Assembly: GCA_964636355.1 (NCBI GenBank)
Contig: CAZWRG010000006.1
Span: 660 to 64,659 of the forward strand
From: an uncultured Candidatus Saccharibacteria bacterium
GTDB taxonomy: Bacteria > Patescibacteriota > Saccharimonadia > Saccharimonadales > JAGQNK01
Reading direction: 5' to 3'
DNA: 64,000 nucleotides
Under the pieces are notes generated by a model. That model saw only the letters and a program-made list of their open reading frames with translations, was not told where the DNA came from and ran no database searches. Made by a program: the position numbers and the translations under genes. Shown piece after piece: positions 17,422 through 28,264 of this stretch; within the stretch, counting starts at the first letter, position 1, and each line of letters starts with the position of its first letter.

Positions 17422-18290
17422 GTGGCTAATACGATTACTTTAAAGCGGCGGATTGGATCTGTTAAAAATACCAAACAGATCACTAAAGCGATGGAGCTTG
17501 TGGCGGCTAGTAAGATGCGCCGGGCTCAAGAATTCGCGCAGCGCTCCAGGCATTATCGGATTGCAGCTTATTCCCTGTTGACTCGATTGAGTCGAATTAC
17601 AGAAGTTGATGACCATCCGCTATTTACCAAACGGCCTGTCAAGCGGCGATTGTACGTGGTAGTTACCAGCAATCAGGGTTTGGCCGGACCTTATGACTCT
17701 AATATCATTAAGCTGATGACTCGTTCAATTAAGGCAGATCGGGACAGCAAAATTGCTTCAAATGTAATTGTGATCGGTAAAAAAGGTGCTAATTTCCTGA
17801 GAAATATTGAGGGCGTCAATTTGATCGGTGTTTATACCGACATTAGCGATCAGCCAACCGCCAATGAACTTCGGCCACTGCTCAATACAATTACAGAGCA
17901 ATATGGCGACGGCGAAGTTGATGAGGTTAAATTAATCTACACCGAGTTTAAATCAAATCTGGTGCAAATTGCTTCTTCGCTGCAGGTTTTGCCGGCTAGT
18001 TTTGAGGAAACCGAGGAAGACATGAGCGACATCGGCAACGTTGCCTTTGAGCCGTCACCGCAAGCTGTTTTAGATAATGTGGCTATGCGTTTGATTGAAG
18101 TTCAGATTTGGCAGGCAATCTTAGAAAGCTTTGCCTCGGAGCATTCAATGCGCATGATGGCCATGAAAAACGCCACCGATAACGCATCAGACCTGATAGA
18201 TGATTTAACATTGGCATTTAATACCGCTCGCCAGGCGGCAATCACCCAGGAACTTGCTGAAATAACCGGCGGCGTGGAGGCATTATCATC

Positions 18291-18294
<4 letters not shown>
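17422..18294 (+). CDS. atpG: F0F1 ATP synthase subunit gamma
   Basis: A GTG at 17422 lies 7 nt after AGGAGG and gives VANTITLKRRIGSVKNTKQITKAMELVAASK, a typical gamma N-terminus. The track ORF starts upstream inside the heptamer repeat. Confidence 0.9.
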
Positions 18295-19974
<1,680 letters not shown>

Positions 19975-19975
<1 letters not shown>

Positions 19976-20334
19976 TGGCTGTAGAGATTGAGCCAAACAT
20001 TGAACATGCTGCGTTGTTTGATCGAACAGCTGAGCAACGCCAAAGGCACACCGAGTTGGTTCTCGAAATGCGCGCAAATTATCCTGATATTGGGATCACT
20101 GTAGTTTCACACCTGGCTGATCTTCGGATGGAAAGGGATTTTTATGAATGGTTAGATCGGGAGGCTGATACCAGAGCAGGTTTATATGGAGCATCAGACA
20201 GCCAGCCTTTTACTGAAGAATTTGATCAGCAGCGAGAAATTGCGATGGCTGTTATTCGTGATGAGATTCAGGAGTTGCATGAGTCATTGGGGTTTCCAAT
20301 GCTGGAATTGAGAGGACCAAAAGCTGATGTTTAG
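19975..20334 (+). CDS. Orphan acidic protein (119 aa) inserted between atpD and atpC
   Basis: TAATG overlap with the atpD stop and an 8-nt overlap with the atpC start. No family recognised. Confidence 0.55.
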
Positions 20335-20758
20335 ATTGCAATTAGTTACGCTTAGTGGCACTAAATACGACGATGATGTTTATGAAGTGCTGCTACCCAC
20401 GATGGACGGCGAGATTGGGGTTTTGCCCGGCCACATGCCATTAGTTAGCGTGGCGCAGCATGGGATTATCAAGATTCGCAAGAATGCTGGCGATCCTGAT
20501 GATTTTAGGGAATATTATGCTGTTAGCGGCGGTGTGATTGAGGTTGATCAAGATACTAACACTCTGTCTGTTTTGGTAGACGAAGCCGACGACTCCGAAG
20601 AAATCAACGAAACTGAGGCCAAAGAAGCCTTTGAGCTGGCTCAAAAAATGAAAGCCGAAGCCAAAGACCAGGTCAGCCTGGAGCATGCTCAAAATCTAAT
20701 TGACCGCCAGGCTGTTCGCCTGCAAGTTGCCGGCCTCAAGCGCCGCACCAAGCGCTAA
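20327..20758 (+). CDS. atpC: F0F1 ATP synthase subunit epsilon
   Basis: LQLVTLSG...GEIGVLPGHMPLV...SGGVIEV followed by a C-terminal helical hairpin. Confidence 0.9.
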   Translation: MFRLQLVTLSGTKYDDDVYEVLLPTMDGEIGVLPGHMPLVSVAQHGIIKIRKNAGDPDDFREYYAVSGGVIEVDQDTNTLSVLVDEADDSEEINETEAKEAFELAQKMKAEAKDQVSLEHAQNLIDRQAVRLQVAGLKRRTKR

Positions 20759-20956
20759 ATCATAAAACTCTTGCCAAGAATCAAAGTGTGCCTTAAGATA
20801 ACACACTGGATAAATTGATGAAAAAATTATTATCTGATCAAACATTTTTAATAGCTCGTAAGGCGGACATTTGCTGATGCGCCTGGCTTGTCACAATAAA
20901 ATTACGATTTTAAAATATACCCTTAGCATTACCCTTTTAAATGCCAACAAACACAG

Positions 20957-20987
20957 TAGCCTCTTCTTAAATAAGAGGCTATTTTTA
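20957..20987 (+). terminator. Strong rho-independent terminator 200 nt after atpC
   Basis: TAGCCTCTT (20957-20965) pairs with AAGAGGCTA (20973-20981), followed by TTTTT. Confidence 0.75.
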
Positions 20988-21086
20988 TATATCAAAAATT
21001 ACGGCTTCTATTGATCCCTATAGCTCAAGTTCAACTCTTTTGAGCGAAATCAGATAATTATTAATTAATAAGGATCAGTATTTTTT

Positions 21087-22082
21087 ATGGAACGAAATCC
21101 GTTAGGAGACGGTATATTTATGGATTTAAGAGAGCAAGAAGCAAGACAGCCAGAATTTCATGTAACCAGGCTGGTCGATGGTTTGGGTTATGGAGAAGGC
21201 TCAATATCAACTCGCGAGCGAAGTGATGTAACCGCCCAAGATATTGCCGCCGCCGAAGCAGTTATTGAAAGCGAAGCTGTGCTGATTGATGTTGACAGAG
21301 ATAAAAACGGTCGGCCGATTGATGATGATGGTTGTGGTGACGGCCGCGGTGTCAAAGAAATTTGGGAAGGACTAACCCGGAGGCTCAGGTCATTAAATAG
21401 GGCTAAAGTCTTTGGTGCTGGTGTAGCGATGGCGGCGGCTGATGAAATTGGCTCTGGCCAGGCCACCGGCAGATCACTAAAATCAGTCTTTCTGGGCGCT
21501 ATTAACAACCTAAAGCGCCATGGTTTGAATTTTGGCGGGCATACGGATGATCATGCTCATGGTGAAAGTTGCGGCTGCGGAGCAATCGACAAAGCTCCCC
21601 AGATTGTAGATAACGCCCTAAAATACGAAACCCAAATTCGAGGTTCAATCAGCACTCTTGGCGTTGATGATACTGGCTTGGACGAGATTTTTGGAAACTA
21701 TAGAGAATTCAATCAAGCTCAGCCATCAAACGAACCATACAGTGGGTCGGAAGTTATGGCTGCAATCGTTGGTGAAAACCGAGTTACCAAGCAGCTTGAA
21801 GGAGAACACAAAGAATATTTCATTATTTTGAATATGGTAGCCGGCAAAACAGTCAATCAACAAGCAATCCGCGAAGCTACAGGTGGTGAGATCCAGGCTT
21901 TTGCAGTTGATGTTTGGCGACTTAAGGAAATAGCTGCCGAGCTTCACCCTAATGATCCTGCGGCGCAGCAACAGGCCTTCCTGTCTAAATTAGTCTATAC
22001 ACTGTCTGTTGGTGCAACTCTGACCAAGGGCGATTTACCGGTTTATGTTATTCAGCCAACCGAAGCCCTGGTTGCCGCTTAA
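21087..22082 (+). CDS. Hypothetical protein with Cys/His metal-site-like motifs
   Basis: 331 aa. GCGDGR and HTDDHAHGESCGCGAIDK. The CxDxR plus H..C-G pattern loosely recalls beta/zeta carbonic anhydrase zinc sites. Not assignable by eye. Confidence 0.5.
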   Translation: MERNPLGDGIFMDLREQEARQPEFHVTRLVDGLGYGEGSISTRERSDVTAQDIAAAEAVIESEAVLIDVDRDKNGRPIDDDGCGDGRGVKEIWEGLTRRLRSLNRAKVFGAGVAMAAADEIGSGQATGRSLKSVFLGAINNLKRHGLNFGGHTDDHAHGESCGCGAIDKAPQIVDNALKYETQIRGSISTLGVDDTGLDEIFGNYREFNQAQPSNEPYSGSEVMAAIVGENRVTKQLEGEHKEYFIILNMVAGKTVNQQAIREATGGEIQAFAVDVWRLKEIAAELHPNDPAAQQQAFLSKLVYTLSVGATLTKGDLPVYVIQPTEALVAA

Positions 22083-22102
22083 AACATTCCAAAATATTAG
22101 TT

Positions 22103-22133
22103 AACCCGGCAATAAAAAACTGCCGGGTTTATC
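22103..22133 (+). terminator. Terminator-like hairpin after the 21087..22082 gene
   Basis: AACCCGGCA (22103-22111) pairs with TGCCGGGTT (22121-22129), followed by TTTATCT. Confidence 0.55.
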
Positions 22134-22252
22134 TAAAAATGCAAATTTATTTTGCTGGGCTGATGATAAGTATTTACGTCTTGGCAGAACTCTTTTAGCT
22201 TGACTCGAAATGACATTATCAAAATTTATAATTAACGTACAATAGATTATGC

Positions 22253-23524
22253 ATGAATGTTTATTATCGAGACCCAATTGTCTATCGGCGCCGTCAAAAA
22301 AGGCCCAAAAACAAATACAAAAAACGAGCTAAGCGAATAGTTCTATTTCTGGTTTTATTATTGATCGGTGCTATTTATCTGGGGTTTAAAAGCGAGGTGC
22401 CGGATGGCGAGGCTAAAATAAATCCAAAACTTATCGATCAATCCAGCGGTATAAATGTGGAGTGGCCCAGCAAAGGCCAAGCGGCAATTGGTACGGTGGA
22501 GGGCGGTCTGTTGGCTAGCTCTGACGCCGATGAGCAGCCGCGGCCCATTGCCAGTCTGGCTAAGGTTATAACAGCTCTGGCGGTTTTGGAAAAAGCTCCG
22601 CTTGAGCCCGGACAGCCGGGAATTTCCATTATTTTTGACGATCAGGATGAGGCTAATTATCACGAATATTTATCAAAACTCGGCACAGTTACGGCAGTGA
22701 CGGCTGGCCACACAATGAGTCAGTATCAAGCCTTGCAGGCGATGCTGCTGCCTTCTTCAAATAATATGAGTGATTCGTTGGTTAGGCGGATTTTTGGGTC
22801 GGTTGAGGAGTACGCAAAGTATGCTAATGACATGCTTGACCGCTATGGGCTTTATAAAACCTGGGTTGACGACGCCAGTGGGTTCTCGCCAAAAACCGTG
22901 AGTACGCCTTCTGAAATGATAATTATTGGCCAAAAGGCGCTTGAAAATCCGGTAATTGCCGAAATTGTAGCTCAAAAGGAAGCTGAAATCCCGTTGGCGG
23001 GAGTCGTTCCAAATTACAATCGGCTGATCCGAGTAGAAAACGTCACCGGGATAAAGCCTGGCAACACAGATGAGGCTGGTTGGTGTTTGCTGTTTTCGGC
23101 AAAATATCAGATAGAAGACAATCAAGAAGTTACTGTTCTGGGGGTGGTTTTGGGTCAGGACAACCCCGATGAATTGTTTGTAGCGTCGCAGAATTTGCTA
23201 AATAGTGCTCGGTTGGATTTAAAGCAGGTTGAAGTGGTGCGCGGCGGCGAGGTCGTGGGCACTTTCGTCACTCCTTGGGGTGATGAATCGGCGTTAATCG
23301 CCCAAGAGAGTTTATGGACTTATAGTTGGCGCGGCAACGTCCCGGCGCCGGAAGTGTTGTTTAGTGATCAAAATGCGCCGCTGGCCGCTAATCAAACCAT
23401 CGGCACAATGCACTTGGGCAGAGACTCAAACAAGGGTGTTCCGGTGGTTTTAGGTAAGGACATCAAGCGACCTTCCCTGCTCTGGCGCCTTAAAAACAGC
23501 CTGGCTTTGTCTAGTATATTTTAA
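22253..23524 (+). CDS. Serine-type D-Ala-D-Ala carboxypeptidase (peptidase S11, PBP5/6-like), membrane anchored
   Basis: SLAK (SxxK), PSSNN (SxN) and KPGNT (KTG-like). N-terminal TM helix. Confidence 0.8.
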   Translation: MNVYYRDPIVYRRRQKRPKNKYKKRAKRIVLFLVLLLIGAIYLGFKSEVPDGEAKINPKLIDQSSGINVEWPSKGQAAIGTVEGGLLASSDADEQPRPIASLAKVITALAVLEKAPLEPGQPGISIIFDDQDEANYHEYLSKLGTVTAVTAGHTMSQYQALQAMLLPSSNNMSDSLVRRIFGSVEEYAKYANDMLDRYGLYKTWVDDASGFSPKTVSTPSEMIIIGQKALENPVIAEIVAQKEAEIPLAGVVPNYNRLIRVENVTGIKPGNTDEAGWCLLFSAKYQIEDNQEVTVLGVVLGQDNPDELFVASQNLLNSARLDLKQVEVVRGGEVVGTFVTPWGDESALIAQESLWTYSWRGNVPAPEVLFSDQNAPLAANQTIGTMHLGRDSNKGVPVVLGKDIKRPSLLWRLKNSLALSSIF

Positions 23525-23563
23525 AAAATTGTTTAAATCAGCTGTTCGCTACCCAGACGAGGC

Positions 23564-26500
23564 TTAACTGGACAACAGATCTTCTTCAAACTTATTTATT
23601 CCCTCTATGGTCGGCTCATAACTAGATATATTAGGCAGATCCAGCGACTTTATGCGCCTATAAACCGCCTCGGCAATTTTTTCAATTCGTTCTAGCTCGC
23701 TACTTGTGAAGTTATAATCTAAATAGAGGTGATCGGCGGACTCAGCATCTAGTTGAATAATGCAGGCTTCAACATTTTTGTTGGCGTAAGTTTTTTGTTG
23801 ACGAATAAGTAGAATGTAAAAACCTAGCTGCAAACGATGTCGCCACTGCTTGAGTATTATTTCTTGAGATCGAGATTTTGGATCGGTTATCGGTCGGCCA
23901 GTCTTATAATCGACAATCTTGATGGTGTTGTCATCTATTAGATCAATTCGATCAATTTTTCCATACAGGCTCAATCCATTAGCAGTGGTTGCCGAAAAGC
24001 TCTGCTCGGATTTACTGGTCGGATCAAATTTGAGGTTAATTTGCTCGCTAAAAAGTTTATCCAGCTGTGAATAGGCTCGTCCACTTAAACGATTAATGGC
24101 GGTGCTGGTTAAGCCTTCGTTGCTGATGTTGAAATCATACAGTCGTTTTATAGCAGCTAGATCAAAAGCCTGGTTGGTGGTCTGAATTTGGGCCAGTTCC
24201 ATTGCGGCGTGCATGGCGTTGCCGTGAGCCAGTATTTCTGACGCTGGAGCCGGAAATCTCATCAAACAATCTTCAACAAAAGTCGCCATTCCTTGTCGGC
24301 TTAAATCCAAAAATTGAGTTAAATGAGTGGCGTTTAAGCTGTAGTTATCGAGCCTGGGTTTTAGAATTTCAATCAAAGATTTGTCTTTAGGGCGCGGCGG
24401 GATTAACTGAGCGGTTTCAATTTTTGCTAGTTCATTGGCGGCGCTGGGGCTATGTTCCTCAAAATCCATATTGGACAATTGTTCTGCAGGCAGGGTTTTT
24501 GTTTTGGTATCTAACTGACTAACGAAAGATACTTGCAGATTTTGCTTGGCACGGGTCATGGCAACGTACATTAATCTGGCATAATCAGCCGGAGTGTCTA
24601 AATTTATATGAAGCGGCAAACTAAGTGGTGTCGGATAGCGGGAGGCTTTTGGCTTCCAGTTGCCCTGATCGGTATCAATTATAAACACGTGATCAAACTC
24701 TAGACCTTTGGCTCCGTGGACAGTCATCAGTGTGACAGCACTTTCGTAATGTCCAACGCCGGGGCTAAACATAAATAGCTTATCGCTTGTGCCATCAATC
24801 ATATCAAGAAAATTGCTGAGCTTGACGTTGTCAGTTTGGGCGTACTGGCGGGCTAGCTCAAGCAACTGGCGGGTGGACTGAGCTTCAATAATTGTCTGTT
24901 CGTCAGTGATGTCTTTGTAAAGCTCATTATATAGCGATTTATTTGGTGCAAATTCTGTTGAAAGTAGTTGTTCAATAGTCACATTTAGTGGTTGGCTGGC
25001 AGCTATAGACACCAGGTCTTGAAGCCATATGGCAATGGATTTGGTAGCCGGGTTTTTGTGAGCTGTTTCAAACCAACCAGTTTGACGATTTACCGACAGC
25101 GCCAGTTGCCAAACCAGTAGTTGATCGAGGCCTAATGCTGGATGTCTTAACAGATTAGCCAGCAGATGGTTGACAGCCTGACGGTTGCCAATGATCAGAG
25201 CTTGAATCAAAGATAAGATATTAATAATTAGCTGATTGCTGCTGGTGGTCCTGACATCGATATTCTGTTCGTAATTTACGCTTAGCCCGCTGCTCACTAA
25301 ATAATTAGACAAATACGTTAAGCTTTTGTGCCCGCGGGCCAAAACAGCCACGCTATCACTGGGGTTCGCCTTTAGCAGCGACTTTATTTCTGAGCAGATT
25401 GCAATCGCTTGATCGGCTTCTGTGGAGTATGAATTATAGTGAACTTTAGTGTTGGTTGGCTCGTTTTTGGCAATGAGCTCGGGGTGAAAATTGGTGAATG
25501 GCGTGATGACTTGTTTGGCATTATCCAGGATTGCTTGTGAGCTGCGATAGTTGTCGGTAAGGTCAATTGTCGTAATCGAGTCTTTGTAATGCTCTTTAAA
25601 ATCAGTGGTGTTATCCAGCATTGCGCCGTTGAAGCCGTAAATTGTTTGGTTTGGGTCGCCCACAACCATGACGTTGGGTTTTTCGATATGAGGGTTATCA
25701 ACCAGTAGGTGCAGTAATTTGATTTGAGCCTCGTTGCTGTCCTGGAACTCATCCACCAGGAGGTAATGAATTGATTCTTGAATGTCCAGACACAGATCCT
25801 GATCACTCTCGAGGGCATTAATAACGCTAATTAACATGTCCGAGTAATCCAAATAGCCGCGCTTATAAAGCCTTGCCTGGTACTTTTCATAAACTTCGGT
25901 CAACGCCCGCCACCAAGCATTGGCTCGGTGCTCACGAACCATTCTTTTTTGGCCGTTTTCAGTGCTTAGCAGTTTGGCTTTTAATTTGCTGGTTTGAGTG
26001 GTTTTGCCGGTTGGCATGTCGGCCTCAACCGCCTCATTGACCAACCTGGCAAGACCAATAGCCAAATCGTTTGGCTGATTAATTGCTAGGCTTTCAAAAG
26101 ATGACACAATGTCTGGCAGCAATTTGTGGCGAAGATTTTTGGGAAATATTTCGATAACTTCTGCTTCAATCGATGCCAGATCTTGAGCATGTGTTTCAAT
26201 GGCTTTTTTTAGTTTTTCCGGCGAGAGACCAGCGTCCTTGGTTCGATTAATAGCTTCTAAAATATAGTTAAGATAATTGTATCGACCGTCAAACTTTGTC
26301 ACCAAAGGATTGTCATGCGGCAATTTGTCCAAAATACTGATAATTATTTCTTGAGCTGCGATGTCAGAAATTGGATTCAACTCAGCTCCCGCATAAAAAT
26401 GCTCTGGATGACTTGTGATAATGTCGGCTGCCAGTGAATGGAAAGTTTTGATGACTACGTGGTTGGCAGCTGGTCCGACCATCATTCGCAATCGCTCTCG

Positions 26501-26713
26501 CATGTTATTGGCGGCGTTAACTGTAAAAGTTAGACAAACAATATTAGCCGGGTCGGTGTCGGTTTTTTGCAGGATGTTTGCCACCCTGGCGCTAAGTAAT
26601 TGAGTTTTGCCAGTGCCCGGTCCGGCCAGCACCAGCAGCGGCCCATCAATCGTATCGACGGCTTGTTTTTGCCGCGGGTTAAGACGCTTGTATTCTCTAT
26701 CAAAACTCGACAT
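23564..26713 (-). CDS. UvrD/PcrA/AddA-type SF1 helicase with C-terminal PD-(D/E)xK (RecB-like) nuclease domain
   Basis: AGPGTGKTQ, LLVDEFQDSN, TVHGAKGLEFD and a C-terminal GKIDRIDL..IVDYKTG. ATG at 26713 lies 7 nt after TACAAT (leaderless type). The track begins at a TTG 18 nt upstream. Confidence 0.8.
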   Translation of the reverse strand: MSSFDREYKRLNPRQKQAVDTIDGPLLVLAGPGTGKTQLLSARVANILQKTDTDPANIVCLTFTVNAANNMRERLRMMVGPAANHVVIKTFHSLAADIITSHPEHFYAGAELNPISDIAAQEIIISILDKLPHDNPLVTKFDGRYNYLNYILEAINRTKDAGLSPEKLKKAIETHAQDLASIEAEVIEIFPKNLRHKLLPDIVSSFESLAINQPNDLAIGLARLVNEAVEADMPTGKTTQTSKLKAKLLSTENGQKRMVREHRANAWWRALTEVYEKYQARLYKRGYLDYSDMLISVINALESDQDLCLDIQESIHYLLVDEFQDSNEAQIKLLHLLVDNPHIEKPNVMVVGDPNQTIYGFNGAMLDNTTDFKEHYKDSITTIDLTDNYRSSQAILDNAKQVITPFTNFHPELIAKNEPTNTKVHYNSYSTEADQAIAICSEIKSLLKANPSDSVAVLARGHKSLTYLSNYLVSSGLSVNYEQNIDVRTTSSNQLIINILSLIQALIIGNRQAVNHLLANLLRHPALGLDQLLVWQLALSVNRQTGWFETAHKNPATKSIAIWLQDLVSIAASQPLNVTIEQLLSTEFAPNKSLYNELYKDITDEQTIIEAQSTRQLLELARQYAQTDNVKLSNFLDMIDGTSDKLFMFSPGVGHYESAVTLMTVHGAKGLEFDHVFIIDTDQGNWKPKASRYPTPLSLPLHINLDTPADYARLMYVAMTRAKQNLQVSFVSQLDTKTKTLPAEQLSNMDFEEHSPSAANELAKIETAQLIPPRPKDKSLIEILKPRLDNYSLNATHLTQFLDLSRQGMATFVEDCLMRFPAPASEILAHGNAMHAAMELAQIQTTNQAFDLAAIKRLYDFNISNEGLTSTAINRLSGRAYSQLDKLFSEQINLKFDPTSKSEQSFSATTANGLSLYGKIDRIDLIDDNTIKIVDYKTGRPITDPKSRSQEIILKQWRHRLQLGFYILLIRQQKTYANKNVEACIIQLDAESADHLYLDYNFTSSELERIEKIAEAVYRRIKSLDLPNISSYEPTIEGINKFEEDLLSS

Positions 26714-26807
26714 TAATAATATTGTAACCAAAATGACCGTTAAATGCTTGTCGGAAATTAACCGGCAGTATATGCTTTAGATATAAAACTTTTTAAGGAG
26801 TGAAAAA

Positions 26808-27323
26808 ATGGGGATACTTCGTCAAGCAGAAGACAAAATTGGCAACATCTTTAAAGATGCTCCGGCGCTTTCGCCAAACAGCAAAGAAACACTTGTTAAG
26901 GTTTGGCCATGGCTGGCGCTGATTTTTGGAATTTTACAGCTATCGGCAGCCTGGGGTTTGTGGCGTTTGGCACGCTGGACAAGTGTTTTTTCGGACTATG
27001 CTAACGAATTTTCTCGAATTTACACTGGCCGAACAGTTGGGCTTGAGGCTTCGGATAAGTTTTTGATTTATCTTGGAATTATAATTTTACTGGTAGATGC
27101 GATAATTTTGCTGATGGCTTTCCCAGAGCTTAAAAAACGAGCTCGCCGCGGTTGGGAACTTCTTTTCCTGGGTTCTTTAATTAACGTGGCTTATTCAGTG
27201 CTGACGATTTTTATCCACGGACGAGGTTTTGGAACATTCATATTTAGTCTGATAGGCTCAGTAATTGGGTTTTATCTGCTGTTTCAGGTTCGGGATAAAT
27301 ACAAACCTGTTAAGAAAAGCTAA
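26808..27323 (+). CDS. Hypothetical membrane protein (171 aa, about 4 TM)
   Basis: AAGGAG RBS and hydrophobic segments. No family recognised. Confidence 0.5.
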   Translation: MGILRQAEDKIGNIFKDAPALSPNSKETLVKVWPWLALIFGILQLSAAWGLWRLARWTSVFSDYANEFSRIYTGRTVGLEASDKFLIYLGIIILLVDAIILLMAFPELKKRARRGWELLFLGSLINVAYSVLTIFIHGRGFGTFIFSLIGSVIGFYLLFQVRDKYKPVKKS

Positions 27324-27340
27324 TCCCTGAATTAATTACA

Positions 27341-27367
27341 AAGAGCCGGATATGACCGGCTCTTTTA
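27341..27367 (+). terminator. Terminator shared by convergent transcripts
   Basis: AAGAGCCGG (27341-27349) pairs with CCGGCTCTT (27356-27364), followed by TTTAT. Confidence 0.65.
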
Positions 27368-27387
27368 TGTTTGGTAAGAAACAAATT

Positions 27388-27534
27388 TTAGACTAGTTGT
27401 CGCCTGAATTTTCGGAGTTCTTTGGTGTTTAGTTTTTCTGATTTCAGTTCGGTGGTGTCAAGTAAGTCTGTATCTTCAAAGGATTGTATGTCTTTTACGC
27501 TTGTTGGATTGTTTAAAATTTTAAACTTTTTCAC
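27388..27534 (-). CDS. Candidate small ORF (48 aa), below the ORF-track cutoff
   Basis: GTG at 27534 lies 5 nt after GAGGGGTAGGGA. Peptide (M)KKFKILNNPTSVKDIQSFEDTDLLDTTELKSEKLNTKELRKFRRQLV. It ends just before the 27341-27367 terminator. Confidence 0.3.
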   Translation of the reverse strand: MKKFKILNNPTSVKDIQSFEDTDLLDTTELKSEKLNTKELRKFRRQLV

Positions 27535-27673
27535 TTAATCCCTACCCCTCAAATTAAATTATTAATGTAAGTTAATCTTATGCCAGCCGATATTAATTAG
27601 CTGTGAATTATCTCACACTACAGGCACTATAATTTGTTGATTTATAGACTGCCTGAACCAATAAGAGTTGGGG

Positions 27674-28219
27674 TTATCGGTTTTTATGAGCAGCCGCTAA
27701 AAGCCCGGCAATAATGAAAAACACGACTCCGTAAAAACCAATGGCGCTGTATAGCTGGACCTTGTAGCCTTCGTTAAAATAATCGACAAAGTATTTAACC
27801 GAGGCCAAAGAATAAGCAGTGGTTGCAAGAGCCGCCGTGGCGTAAAGGTAGACCCTAGAATTTAAGACATTGATAGTCGCCAGCGGCACCGCAAATAGCG
27901 CAACTGCCAGGCTGGCCATACCCCTTTCAAAATAAACTAAAAATCCGGCCAAAATAATATCCATGATCACTAAGGCCCAAATACCGGCTCGCGTGATACT
28001 TGGGTTTTTGAAACTGCGGTTAATTGCCCAAACGGCAATAGTTAAAATCATCGCGCAAGCCGCAATCACCCACCTGTCCAAAATGGCTTCTGGCGGAACT
28101 AAATTTGCTGAATGATAAACCACAATACTAATAGCAAAAGCCAGAACATAGATAACATGAAGCTTAGCCACGCGATCGGTGTTGGGAGCTGGTTGTTTGC
28201 TAGTTTGCTTATTTGCCAT
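27674..28219 (-). CDS. Hypothetical polytopic membrane protein (181 aa)
   Basis: 5-6 hydrophobic helices. No family recognised. Confidence 0.5.
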   Translation of the reverse strand: MANKQTSKQPAPNTDRVAKLHVIYVLAFAISIVVYHSANLVPPEAILDRWVIAACAMILTIAVWAINRSFKNPSITRAGIWALVIMDIILAGFLVYFERGMASLAVALFAVPLATINVLNSRVYLYATAALATTAYSLASVKYFVDYFNEGYKVQLYSAIGFYGVVFFIIAGLLAAAHKNR

Positions 28220-28264
28220 ATGAGTTATTGAAGCATGACGCTTAGGCTTATGTCAAAGCGTTGG

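Noticed and set aside
20818-20877. 19-codon ORF (MKKLLSDQTFLIARKADIC) after atpC
   Set aside because: It has no Shine-Dalgarno and no leaderless-type promoter. It lies in what is probably the atp 3' UTR.
25384-25818. ORF 25384..25818(-), 144 aa, inside the helicase gene in another frame
   Set aside because: The helicase frame carries conserved SF1 motifs across this interval. The alternate-frame product is low complexity.
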